Shown: piece after piece, positions 1 to 11,012 of the stretch
Position numbering within the stretch: position 1 is the first letter of the stretch
How the letters are laid out: each line of letters begins with the position of its first letter
Assembly (NCBI GenBank): GCA_010015585.1
Contig: ML975159.1
DNA: 64,000 bases
Direction: 5' to 3' (one strand)
DNA from: Eremomyces bilateralis CBS 781.70
Lineage: Eukaryota
Notes under the pieces: generated by a model
What the model was told of the DNA's origin: nothing
The model's input: the letters and a program-made list of their open reading frames with translations, nothing else
The model's database searches: none
Position numbers and translations under genes: made by a program

Positions 1-464
1 TCATCTTCAGAATATTTGTCTAGAGACTCTAGAAACATAGGAGATGAGGAGAAAAGAGAAGAGGAAAGAGATCGCCCGATTGAAATACTCATTCTTTCGG
101 TGCCGCTGGTTCCCCGGTATTACGGTAATATCAAATTTAAACCTTGACGCTCCCTGATGTCAGACTCGAAAATTGTTCGGAGGTCATTCCTCCCCTGCAA
201 TAGGTAATTAGGCTGCAGCCTGTAATACAGCTACCGAGCCACAGCCCGTTGAGAAGCTTGGAACATGAACCTTTGAATCCTCTTGCCTTGCACTGTTGAG
301 GGTAGCACCGTTGCACGCCTTGCAAGTTGCACGCCCTTGCCACCCACTTCAAGCCGCCCACTTCAAGCCTCCGCCTGCATCGATCTGAAATAGATCCAAA
401 TCTAATTAGTAGTCCCTTCGTCATTCCCCACGTTACCGCGGAGTGGCGGCCAATATACCTTCAC

Positions 465-1240
465 ATGTCCAACCCGGAGCTTCCGGAGACGTCATCTCCT
501 ACCCACCCGCAGGACTACACTGCCCCCGACCGAAGTTTCTACACATGGTCCAATTTCTTTAAAGTCTTATTAGCCGGTGCCCCGGAGGAGCGGCAAAAGT
601 ATCTGGCGGTGAGGGATGAGTTGCGGGAGGAAAAAGATTGCAAGCGATGCGAGTCGTTCAGAGATTGGGCGTTCAAGCGGAGTAAGTTTTCCATTGGAAA
701 ACCCATTCGAGGCGCAGTTGTTAACCCACGATTTTCTTCCCAGGTCCTGTCGTCCGCTTTCTCCGCGATGAAATCAACAAGATCGGCCCCGACCTAGGCC
801 CCCAACACGTCCGATGCAAGCGCTGCGTCCATGGCACGAAGGGCAGTACCTCTGGTGGCTTCTCCCCGGACTACGGCATCCTGCTCTGCGCGAACGAGCT
901 GGTGAACAAGAAGCGGCTGGAGGACACGCTCGCACACGAGATGGTGCACGCGTACGACCACGTGCGGTTCAAGACGGACCCGGAGAACCTCCGCCACGCG
1001 GCGTGCATGGAGATCCGGGCGTCGATGCTCTCGGGAGAGTGTCGGTTCATGCGGGAGTTCTTTGGGCGTGGGCAGTATAAGATCACGTCGCAGTTTCAGG
1101 ATTGCGTGAGGAGGAGGGCGACGTTGTCGGTGCGAGCAAGGAGGCATTGTGAGGACGATGTGCAGGCGGCGACGGCGGTGAACCAGGTCTGGGAGAGCTG
1201 TTTTAACGACACGAGACCGTTCGATGAGATATATAGGTGA
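465..1240 (+). CDS. ATP23: Mitochondrial inner membrane metalloprotease ATP23 (peptidase M76); exons 465-681 and 744-1240
   Basis: Splicing GTAAGT(682)..CAG(743) gives ...[14 protein letters not shown]...[36 protein letters not shown]...[17 protein letters not shown]...[10 protein letters not shown]. The HExxH motif and the C-terminal PFDEIYR are typical of Atp23. Confidence 0.95.
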
Positions 1241-1508
1241 TGATGGCGGCTTTGTACGATAGGGTGAAAGATCAGACGGGCATGTTTACGCTACAGACAT
1301 AGCTGATGTCGACTGACACTGTACGATTAGAGATATATACTGCTGTTCAAGCAGGGAACGCCGATGACCAACTAGATGACTCCACTATGATCCCAATGGT
1401 CCGGCCCGTTCATGATATAAGTTGCAAAAGACCCCGAATTCCGCCCGGTCTACTCCAAACGCCCCGATCTATGATATCCCACATGAAGTTCATACAGACT
1501 GGATTCAA

Positions 1509-2816
1509 TCAGTCCAAATCTCGTGCCCTTTCACTGCTCCGCGAATTATTCGACCCTAGACTTCTCTGGTGAGCCCGTTCGCCGGTGACGCAGTGCTTCA
1601 TGATCCAGGGGTGGCGTTCAATCTCCTCGAGTGCAATGCGCTTTTCGGGGTCAAGCACCAGTAGCTGCATAACCGGTTAGCGTTCGTATTCGGGAGTTGA
1701 GCACCGCGGATCTTACCCGTTTGATTAGGTCCCTTGCTTCTGAACTGACGAACCCTGGGATGGTCATCTCGCAACGAACAATTCGCCGTTGCGTCATCAC
1801 ATGGGTGTCTTCGAACGGCGCTTCGCCCACAAGGAACTCGTATGTGAGCACCCCAAGGGCCCAAAGATCGACCTTTTCGCTGTACGTCCGATCCCCTCCA
1901 TTTTTGCTGCGCCCGGAGATCATCTCTGGCGGCAGGTAGTCGAGCGTGCCGCACATTGTGTCTCGCCGGTTGTTGGGCGCATGCACGCTCCATCCAAAAT
2001 CCGAAATTTTAATCTCGCCATACATGCCGACTAGGATGTTCTCCGGTTTAATATCGCGATGCATGACGTGTTTCCTGTGCAGATATTTCAGAGCGCTAGT
2101 CATCTGTGCGATGTACTGCGCCGCGCGCGAGTCTTCAAACCGGCCGGCCTTGCGCAAGTGCTTGTATAGCTCCCCTTTCCCCGCAAACTCGAGGATGAGG
2201 AACACCCGATCCCTGTCGTGAAAGTGGCCGTACAGTCGGAGGATGTTGGGATGCGCAAGGTTGGATTGGATCTCAATCTCGCGCCGCACTTGTTTCTCGA
2301 CCTTGCCTTGTTGCAACTCGGTCTTGTGTAGGACTTTGAGAGCGCATACAAATCCTGACGATTTCTCCCGGGCTAGGTATACTCGTCCGAATTTGCCTTT
2401 CCCCAGAGGCTTTCCGATCTCGAACATGCCTAAACTAAATCGCTTAGGGACACTCGGCTGTTTGTACAGTGGGATCGATGGCGCTGTTAATGAGGCTCGC
2501 TGAAGGTTTTCTGATGATGGTCGTTGGACGATGGTGATGGACGCTCCTGCAGCCGATTTGGCCGATTGAAGCTTCTGGAGGGTAAGCTTCATGCGATTTC
2601 CGGCGTTGTTGGAGGCTCCCAGTCCGGTGATGGACATCGCAGCTGATAAAGAGCCCTAGAGAAGAGATGCTTTAGCCATTGTCCTGATATAGCGGAAAAC
2701 ATTCTGATGCGCTCTACCTTTGGTTTCTGGACGAGCTGTCCATGGCCATTGTATCCCTCATTCTCATCGTGTATCGTGATCTTCTCGAAGCAAGCTTCGA
2801 GGCTTTTCTTATCCAT
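1509..2816 (-). CDS. IPL1: Aurora-family Ser/Thr kinase (Ipl1/Ark1); exons 2816-2718, 2655-1717, 1664-1509
   Basis: Motifs [67 protein letters not shown]. The spliced last exon reads [21 protein letters not shown]. Both introns are canonical GT-AG with branch points. Confidence 0.95.
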
Positions 2817-3283
2817 CTTGCCACGAGTCTCCTTTGTTGTTCGTGTCTGCGACGGAGTTGCTCTGCGTGTTAGGACCTTTTGGGCGGTTTGGAGGGATGT
2901 GACGCCGTTATAGTCCTAGAATCCGGAAGACAGCACGGATCCGGCGACGTCTCTGCGGTTAACTGGGGAATGGAACGATCGTGAGTACAATTTCGCTGGT
3001 CGCAGAGTAAAGATGGATGTGAAAATGAGATGTAGCGAAGCAGGTGTGTGGTGGTAAACATCCGTTGTGCAGAGCAACAACCCCATCCATCACCCTGTCC
3101 CTGTGCACGGACTTGGCCAATGCCTCCAACCTCTGGCAACGAAACTTGATAGTTGACATCAGTGAACTGGAGCTTCAGCTTGGTTTTTGCAATCCCTTCA
3201 AGAATACCTACCTGTGCTACCTGTAAGTTCGCATAAAGATCGACAAATTGTTATCCGAAGACCTCCTTGGCTTGGGTGTAGAA

Positions 3284-4222
3284 ATGGACCATCCTATCAA
3301 ATCCACCACCAACGGCAGCACCTTCAAGTCACCAACAGCTCAATACGCCTCGCCCACGGAAGCATCATCTGCAACGTCGACATGTTCCCGCGATGGTTTT
3401 CGCATCACGACCCGAAAGCTGCCCATTCTCAAATCAGGGCCGATCGAGGACATGACCAATAAGCTTGGCATTGCCCCCCCCGAGATGATCTTTGGAGACA
3501 ACCACGTCACCATCGCTCATCTCAAGTCGGGGTGGCAGATAAGCTTCAACGCGTTCGATGCCTTGGATCGCGTAGACAAGACCGGAGGCTCCATGCTTCA
3601 GGTTGCCTACTCCAAAGAATGGCAGAAGAACCGGGAACGGCACACCGAGGGCATCAAAGAGGTGGTCAAGCCGTTCGACTGGAGTTTCTCGACAGACTAC
3701 AAGGGCACCATTCGGAAGACGGACGCTCAGCATCTCGATGTGAACGCAAGGAACGACGAGAATGAAGCTACGAATACCACATCGGAGCTGGACTTCAAGC
3801 CTACAAATCATGACCTGCCGATGCATCTACTTCGACTTCCAGATCCGATCCTGTTCTTCGACGATGTGATGCTATACGAGGACGAACTTGCAGACAATGG
3901 ACTTTCAATGGTGTCCGTCAAGATTCGCGTCATGCCCGAACGACTACTCCTCCTTTCCCGATTCTTCATGAGGCTCGACGACGTCGTCTTTCGCATCCGA
4001 GACACGCGTGTTTTCGTCGAGTTCAAAACGGGCGAGGTGTTGCGGGAATATCAGGCCTGGGAAGGGAAATTCGAAGATGTCAAGAGCAGGCTCATGATGC
4101 AGCACGGCGGGAGAGAGGCCGAAGTTCTCCAGATCATGCGCGATGCCAATGGCCTGTTGCAAGCCGGCGGCCTCAAAATCGTCGACGAAACCCGCGAACG
4201 ACTAGAACTCCCCGTAGGATGA
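3284..4222 (+). CDS. TIP41: TIP41-like type 2A phosphatase/TOR-pathway regulator; single exon
   Basis: Motifs LGIAPPEMIFGDN, VVKPFDWSFSTDYKGT, DPILFFDDVMLYEDELADNG and KIRVMPERLLLLSRFFMRLDDVVFRIRDTR are TIP41-family signatures. First in-frame ATG is at 3284. Confidence 0.95.
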   Translation: MDHPIKSTTNGSTFKSPTAQYASPTEASSATSTCSRDGFRITTRKLPILKSGPIEDMTNKLGIAPPEMIFGDNHVTIAHLKSGWQISFNAFDALDRVDKTGGSMLQVAYSKEWQKNRERHTEGIKEVVKPFDWSFSTDYKGTIRKTDAQHLDVNARNDENEATNTTSELDFKPTNHDLPMHLLRLPDPILFFDDVMLYEDELADNGLSMVSVKIRVMPERLLLLSRFFMRLDDVVFRIRDTRVFVEFKTGEVLREYQAWEGKFEDVKSRLMMQHGGREAEVLQIMRDANGLLQAGGLKIVDETRERLELPVG

Positions 4223-7200
4223 AATACGTTGGAACGCATGGAGTCAGGTTTAATACGGATTGATGACCGTTCGCGGACACCTAACCCTCCCGAACTCTCC
4301 AACGAATTATCTAGGACACTGCCACGCGAGAAGTGGCGGGAATAGACCGCCGTGCTACCACCGTTGAGACATGGCTGCATCAACACTGCTTACCAGTGGG
4401 ACGATCCGGCGGTATGGAGCACTTTACGACGAACGATTGGCTAGTGCCAAACAATTGTGTAGCAACGCCGCGGACCACAGAGGGTGGGCGTCGCATTTTG
4501 TGCTGTGCGTGCACGTCGGGTGTCGGATGTTCCTCTCCCCCGCCATGCTTGGGGATTTCGTTGGTTCGGACGCCGGATAAATATCGAAAGAGAGACAAGC
4601 AACGGCGGATGATGTGCATGTACGGGAATAATATCGCTGACCAATTCTGAGGTGACGGGAAAATCTTCATGCAGTTCCTTGATTCTTCCGAGTGGTATCA
4701 ACTTGTCGAGCGAAGCTCATTGTCCCAGCCTGGGATTGGAGATGCTTGTCCTCAGGAATCCTGGCCACTCTCGTGTGTCGAAAACGTCCTTAGCGTCAGT
4801 TCTAAGGGAAAAGTCTATGCTGATCGAACTTGTCTATTCGGATGTAATCCTATGTTTCACGCATTAGCGGTGGTATAAATCGCGCAGCGTTCGAGGACAA
4901 TTGGTCCATTAAGAATGGCATATCCTTGAATCACTGCTATACGATCGACTGGACTGGCTCTTGTCTCATATCAACAAGCATATCCAATCATTCTGCCGTA
5001 ATAGATCTTACATACCATTATTGCCGTCCGGTCGCTCCGCATGGAGGGTTATCACCCTTGCCTGTACCCCGCAATCCATGAATCCTCTTGCGAGTCGAAC
5101 ACTCCTTCCAGTCTACCAATCCCCAACTTCACCCCCATCATCCGTCAACTATTACATTGGCATGTCGTCATGTAAAGGACCTGAGGACATCTCTCAAGTT
5201 CCCCTTAACTTTAAAACCAAAGCAAGAACTCCTGGTACACCGGTTTATGGCTCAAAACAATCCTTCATCCGCACCAAGTCCGACTCTGCCTCAGAGGATA
5301 GACATCTCTTAACTCGATCGTCGTTCAAGACCTGTCATGTCTCAGCCATGGTTGGCATTCCTTCGCCAGTGACCACACCAACTACCGTAAGCATCTGTCC
5401 CTTCACGGCTAAATCTCCGATCTTTCGGTTGAAATCGGAAGGCTCCATGTGGCCATAACGGCCAACCAACACCCTGTTCAGTTGAAGATCCAGGATCCTC
5501 CGCTCACTTGCATTGTTGTCATCGATTCCCCGCACTGGGGTATATCCCCACGCCTCGTGGCGCATCCCTTGTCCCCGGATTCGACAGGAGTCATAGAGTG
5601 TCAATTACGTACCACTTGGAGAAGCGTTCGCCTGGGGGAGATCAGGGTTCATCAGCCCGCCGGTTGGTTTCAGTGATTTGTCAAGTATTGACGATCTCAT
5701 TTCCTTACGCACAATAGCCTTTCATCTCTTGCAAGTTGCAACCCACGAACGATTGTGATTCGCCATCAGCGGCACAGACGAATGACGATTTCACGTCCAT
5801 GTCAGTCTCTGATGGCCCGGTCCCGCGTCGCCTTATGGATCTGGGGCTCCGCGCTCAATAAGTTCTAATGACTTCTGGAATATCTCCAACCTAAGCCTAG
5901 TCGCAGTCCACAGATGCCCAACGCCGTCTGTGCGTGTAAACTATGCGGCACAGCATCCTATCAGCATTTTCCGCAATATGTTCGCCAGGTCCGTGGCCTC
6001 AAAGTTGCGGCTCGAGTTGGATGTCGTATCGTCAAAGCGGGACATTGCAATTTCCGCATCTGCAGCGCGACGTGAGTCTCCAGGGCGAGCGGAGGTATCG
6101 ATTATCTTATTTGTCTGGTTGATTGAACTGCAGCACCCAGCGCCGTGGCATGACCAATGGCATTGTGCTGGGCTCCGCTTCATTCCAGGGTTGAAACGGG
6201 TACAGATACCCCCTGCGTCAGAACTCAGAAGCGTGTTTCCAGAAGACGCGTGGAAGCTTGCATTCCACACTTGACACCGCAACCAACGTCTTGGGAGAAA
6301 CCGCGCGTAATATGGCGAGATTGAACTCCTGGGGTCAAATAAGGCGAACCATGTCGTTGTCTCCCCAGTGGAGCAGTTGTACCCCTTTACGCTCCGATAC
6401 ACGACCTTGTTATGTGAAATAAAACGACCTCTCCTTCTTTACCTGGCTTTCGTATCCCGCCCCTCGATTCGGGAGCTACCGGGCTTAGTTTGAACGGACC
6501 AGGCACATTTTCAGTTTTCACATGCCTCGATTGTACAAGACATCTACTCACGCCTGAGACGAAAAAATACCATTATCATAATTCATGCAACATGTGCCTG
6601 CTTCTATGTTTATTTCAGGATGCTCAAGCTCGGCGGGTTCCCGCAATACGGTCTGTCTTCCAGTTCACTGCCTCTGGTGCATCCAATTCCGGTATCCGAT
6701 CCATTGAGGGCGTCTGGGCGACTTCAGGATATCCCATTGTTGTCCCAACCACCACCAAGGACTTTCATATGCAAGAAGCCGACGTAGGTTCTGTCCAAAC
6801 ACGTCCTATTTCCTCCGACATTAGTTCTGAACGAAATCAACCCTGTCTCCGTTCCCATCGCGATCCTCGATCGTTTCGCAATTTTGATTGATGAAGCGCG
6901 ACCTCATGAAGCCAAACCTTGGTGGTGCAATGGCGATGTGTGATGTCAGGGGTCCCCACATGCCGAGGCAATTTCCCCTTTCGGCAGCGGCACTTCAACC
7001 TCATCTCTCCATTTCCCACCAACGTCCTATCAACAATGCAACGGCGTTCGCACTTAAATTAATTTAGCCCACGCATAATCACCTTTGCGAACCCTCCAGC
7101 GATAATATCTGCTCCGATCAGGATGGGTGAGATTGCTTGGGTACACTTCAATGAGGGGTTTGCACGAGTCAGGCTGTTCCTAAGGATTGGGACGCGGCCT

Positions 7201-8040
7201 GATATAGCCCGCCGGTGCCATCCACAAAGGTCAACATCACCGCGTTGGAGGACTGGCAATCTTCACTGACGACATTCTCGTAGCCGCAATATACTAAAAT
7301 GGGTATATTACCGGTCTAGATATTTCTGTGTGCATGAGAGATCGACCATCATTTGTCACTCACAAGGGGTCCGTCTAAATTGGAGGTCACGCCAGTAGAC
7401 GCAGGCTATGGCGAGCGACCGGAATATACCGACGAGATTAGTGGGTATAAAGTCTCCGTATTCTTGACAAGGGCGGTTGTTTTGCGACATTTCGAAGGGC
7501 TCTGGGGTTCGAATATTCCGGGGTTGTCGCCTGTTGACCAAAGGAGTAGATCCCATCTGCACATGATATCAACCTCCATGCTGTGGCTGATACTCCAACG
7601 CTGCTGCGGCTCACTCCTTCCGATGGATCGGTATGAACCGGAAGGTTTCAGCTTTGCACTACATGATATCATTCCCAAAGTGGAGAGTCGAAGCGATTCG
7701 GCTCCGAGGGAAGTCTTGAGAAGTGATTGTGGACTGCTCGTCCAAGTGGTTTGCTCGGTCCGTGGTGTAGAAATATTCACAGGTACATAAGGATGTCGCG
7801 TGCGGCGTACTAGAAGGAAGTATCGCCGAGATTTTTGAATTGACGGCTGCCTGGCGTTCAGTCAAGCGGGACAATATGCAGGTCGCAAATCGGGCGGTTT
7901 GCGCGGGTGTCCAAGCCACAAACAGGCAGAAGTCAAACAACCAAATGAATCCGGCTAAATTGCTCCCAATGGTCAATCCAATTCCTCAACCACGACCTTC
8001 AACTGCAATTGGACCCTTACCGGCTATACTGAAACGGACA

Positions 8041-8649
8041 ATGGAACGACCACGACAACCACCATCCGTGTCACTGGAACTGAAACGATATGATACTTCT
8101 TTGAAAGCGTATCTGGCCACTAAACCGACCATTCATCGACTGGTGGCATCAAACCTAGTCTTCCACAATAACACGCTACTCGTTGTCCAACGCAGCGAAA
8201 ATGATTTCTATGCCGGCCGATGGGAATATCCGGGAGGCTCGGTGGACGACTCGGACAGATCGATCCTCGCGGGGGCCGCGCGGGAACTCTACGAAGAAAC
8301 AGGCCTTCACACGACCGGGTTCGTCCGAGAGGTCGGCGCGGGAATGAACTTCACCACAGGAAAGGGGCCGAAGACGACGAATTGGCTGAAGATGTCGTTT
8401 GAGGTGGATGTTGCTGCGGTGGGCCCAGCGGAGAGTGGCCAAATGGGGATCAGTTCCAGTGGACAGGGGGGGAAATCCAAGGAGCTGGAGCTGCCGGTCC
8501 AATTGGATCCAGTGGAGCACCAGGACTACTGTTGGGTGACAGAAGCGGAGATCAGAGAGCGGAGGGTCGGCGGGATGAGTTTAACGTTCATATCGGAGGA
8601 GGCCCGAGCAACGATGTTAGAAGGTTTCACGCTGAGGAGGGGAGATTGA
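8041..8649 (+). CDS. Nudix hydrolase, substrate unknown
   Basis: Nudix box WEYPGGSVDDSDRSILAGAARELYEETGL, plus LLVVQRS and LDPVEHQDYCWVTE. The start is uncertain because upstream in-frame ATGs exist from about 7876. Confidence 0.85.
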   Translation: MERPRQPPSVSLELKRYDTSLKAYLATKPTIHRLVASNLVFHNNTLLVVQRSENDFYAGRWEYPGGSVDDSDRSILAGAARELYEETGLHTTGFVREVGAGMNFTTGKGPKTTNWLKMSFEVDVAAVGPAESGQMGISSSGQGGKSKELELPVQLDPVEHQDYCWVTEAEIRERRVGGMSLTFISEEARATMLEGFTLRRGD

Positions 8650-11012
8650 GAGGCCAAGCTGGGATGGGATGCATGTGTACATAGACAATAGAACAATGGA
8701 ATTTAGCCCTGCACATATCAGAGTGTCAACATTTTCATAAGACACACCAATTACGCCCGCTGCTTGCGCATGTAAATTCAGTTGCCCTACCGGTGAAATC
8801 CAATTTAGATCCGATGGGATCATCCGCCCTACACTAGTGATCATCGACTGTCATTGCGAATCCGGCCATGGCGAATATTCTGAAAGGCATCATGGTGATT
8901 CGTTATCCCGACCCCTGGAAACGTCCTGCGTTAATGAAGGGTCAGAAGTCGCAACAGCCTGCATGACCGTTTGCCCTGGCAGAAAGATCGCGGGGTAGTG
9001 GCGTTCAGTCTGGGTCTTCACATGGTCAAATCTCAGCATCACCTGATGGAGACCCTGCGTTCAGGTATATCCAAGTGGATACACTGGTCTGCATTCCCCA
9101 CTGCAGACGACGTGTTTTCGCAGGTGTCCAAGGACCGCCCCAGCGCAGGAGGCACCTAGAGTTGTTGATGACGAACCAACAAGGAGGCAGGAATGATGAT
9201 AGGTTATTGCCACCTCATAATTACGGATTTTGCCGCCTAGGAAGAGTCAGGTTTAGTGAGGGCACTGAACTCATTGACACGCCTGAGACTTCCTGTCTAT
9301 GGAGGAGCTCCGGGGTCTACTGTATGATGACAAGCTGCAAGGTGCTCTCGCTTGGCAAGACGGATATTGATGACTAGATGGTCCCTGGGTAATCTAAGAA
9401 CTCGCCTATCGCGGCGCTTGGAGAGCCTCAGAAGATCTTGAGACTTGACCCCGTAGAAACTTCAGGCATTCTTGGCTTGCATGTGCTGGGGATTTGTCAG
9501 GACTTAGGGAAACATGCAGCATGCCAGGCCCAGCCAAATAGGCAGCGGCATGTGAGAGCAAAGAGTGGCCTGCGAGGGACACGAGATGTACAGGACATGG
9601 TGTGGAGTATTATTGACTGACCAGGAACAATTGCCCGAACGGCAAGCAGCATATTGGAATTTGGAAAGCATAGATTAGAGACTCTGATAGGAAAAGCATG
9701 GCATAATATTAGTAGCCAACACGCCGGATAATGAGAGACCCAACGGATACTTGACGGGTCAAGGAAATATTGACGGTTGACGGATGCACCCACACGCGAA
9801 GTTGACGTGGATCAGTTCGCAGCGGACGCCAGTGGAAGCGAAAGGTATCCGACTCGCGAAGCGAGAGGTATCCAGCGACCGGCTCGTGAAGCGACGGGAC
9901 GAGATCAAGATGGATTGACATGACAAGGTTGATCAACAAGCCGGGTGTTGAAGCGTTTCCACATGCAACTAGGCATGTTGCAGAAGCGTAGGAGGGGGTG
10001 GATTGGGGGCAAGAACTGAGAAAGGACGAGAGGGGGACGGAGTCGGGAGCATCATGGACTTTTGGCCGGTGAGGGACCCAATGTACCAGAGAGATTTAGG
10101 TGGATTAAGGGAACTGCCAGAGCACGGGATCATTGGAGGACTGATTACGTATTCATTACAATACCGTATTGTTTCAATTGCTTACACTCCCTACAACCAT
10201 CCTGCTGTGATTCCCTAAAAAGACTCCCTCTCACAAACTCTCAGGTTCGAGGGCTGATATCAGAGCCAGATCAGTCGAAGGGTGTGCTAACTGCTAAAAT
10301 CGCTTGCATGCATCATGAACTACCGGTGTTTAGCTTGCATCATCTAACGGCGCGGTTGAGCACTGAAGCCGGCCAAACTCTTTGTCTTCCTCTCGTACAA
10401 ACCACCCACCAGCCGGCAGCCATACAGACCGGCACACTCATAACTCCCCTCTCTCTCTCTTCTACTTCCCGGCTTCCGTTTCCTCTCTCCCGTCTGGCCG
10501 TCTCCCGTCTCCCGATCTCTCACCTGCAGAAACACGCGGGGTTTACCCCATAATACATACTAAATACTTGATACTGTGACTCTTCCCCCCCTTCCACATC
10601 CAAGCTTCGCGAATTGGACTCCCTTTTGCGGTCGCCCAGATTGTTGGCATTTTAGCCAGATGATCTGAGCAGCGTCGCAGACTTGCAGCCCTACTTCAGG
10701 CAGTTCTATTACACCTCTTCTGTTGGTCTGCTGGACCCATTGCTAAGCCCTTTTTCTCCGCCTCCACCCACCCCCGCTGGTGGTCCCGCACCAAGTGCGC
10801 AACACCCACTGAACCCTCCCCTGGATCTCGATGCGAATCGTCCGCACCCTCCCTTGATCCGCCCACACACTCTTGAGTTCCCTACCTTGTGTGCCCCATG
10901 GTCTTTGTCTATCCATCTCGTCCTGAAAGTCGCTGATTCCCCCTCCCCTACTCCTACTCCTACTCCCGCTCGCGCCGGCGCAGCTTCGTCTTGCCGAAAT
11001 AAATCGAACATC

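Noticed and set aside
327..464. N-terminal extensions in the ORF track (ATP23 from 327, TIP41 from 3248, C6 factor from 25790)
   Set aside because: These use TTG/GTG starts; the eukaryotic gene models begin at downstream ATGs.
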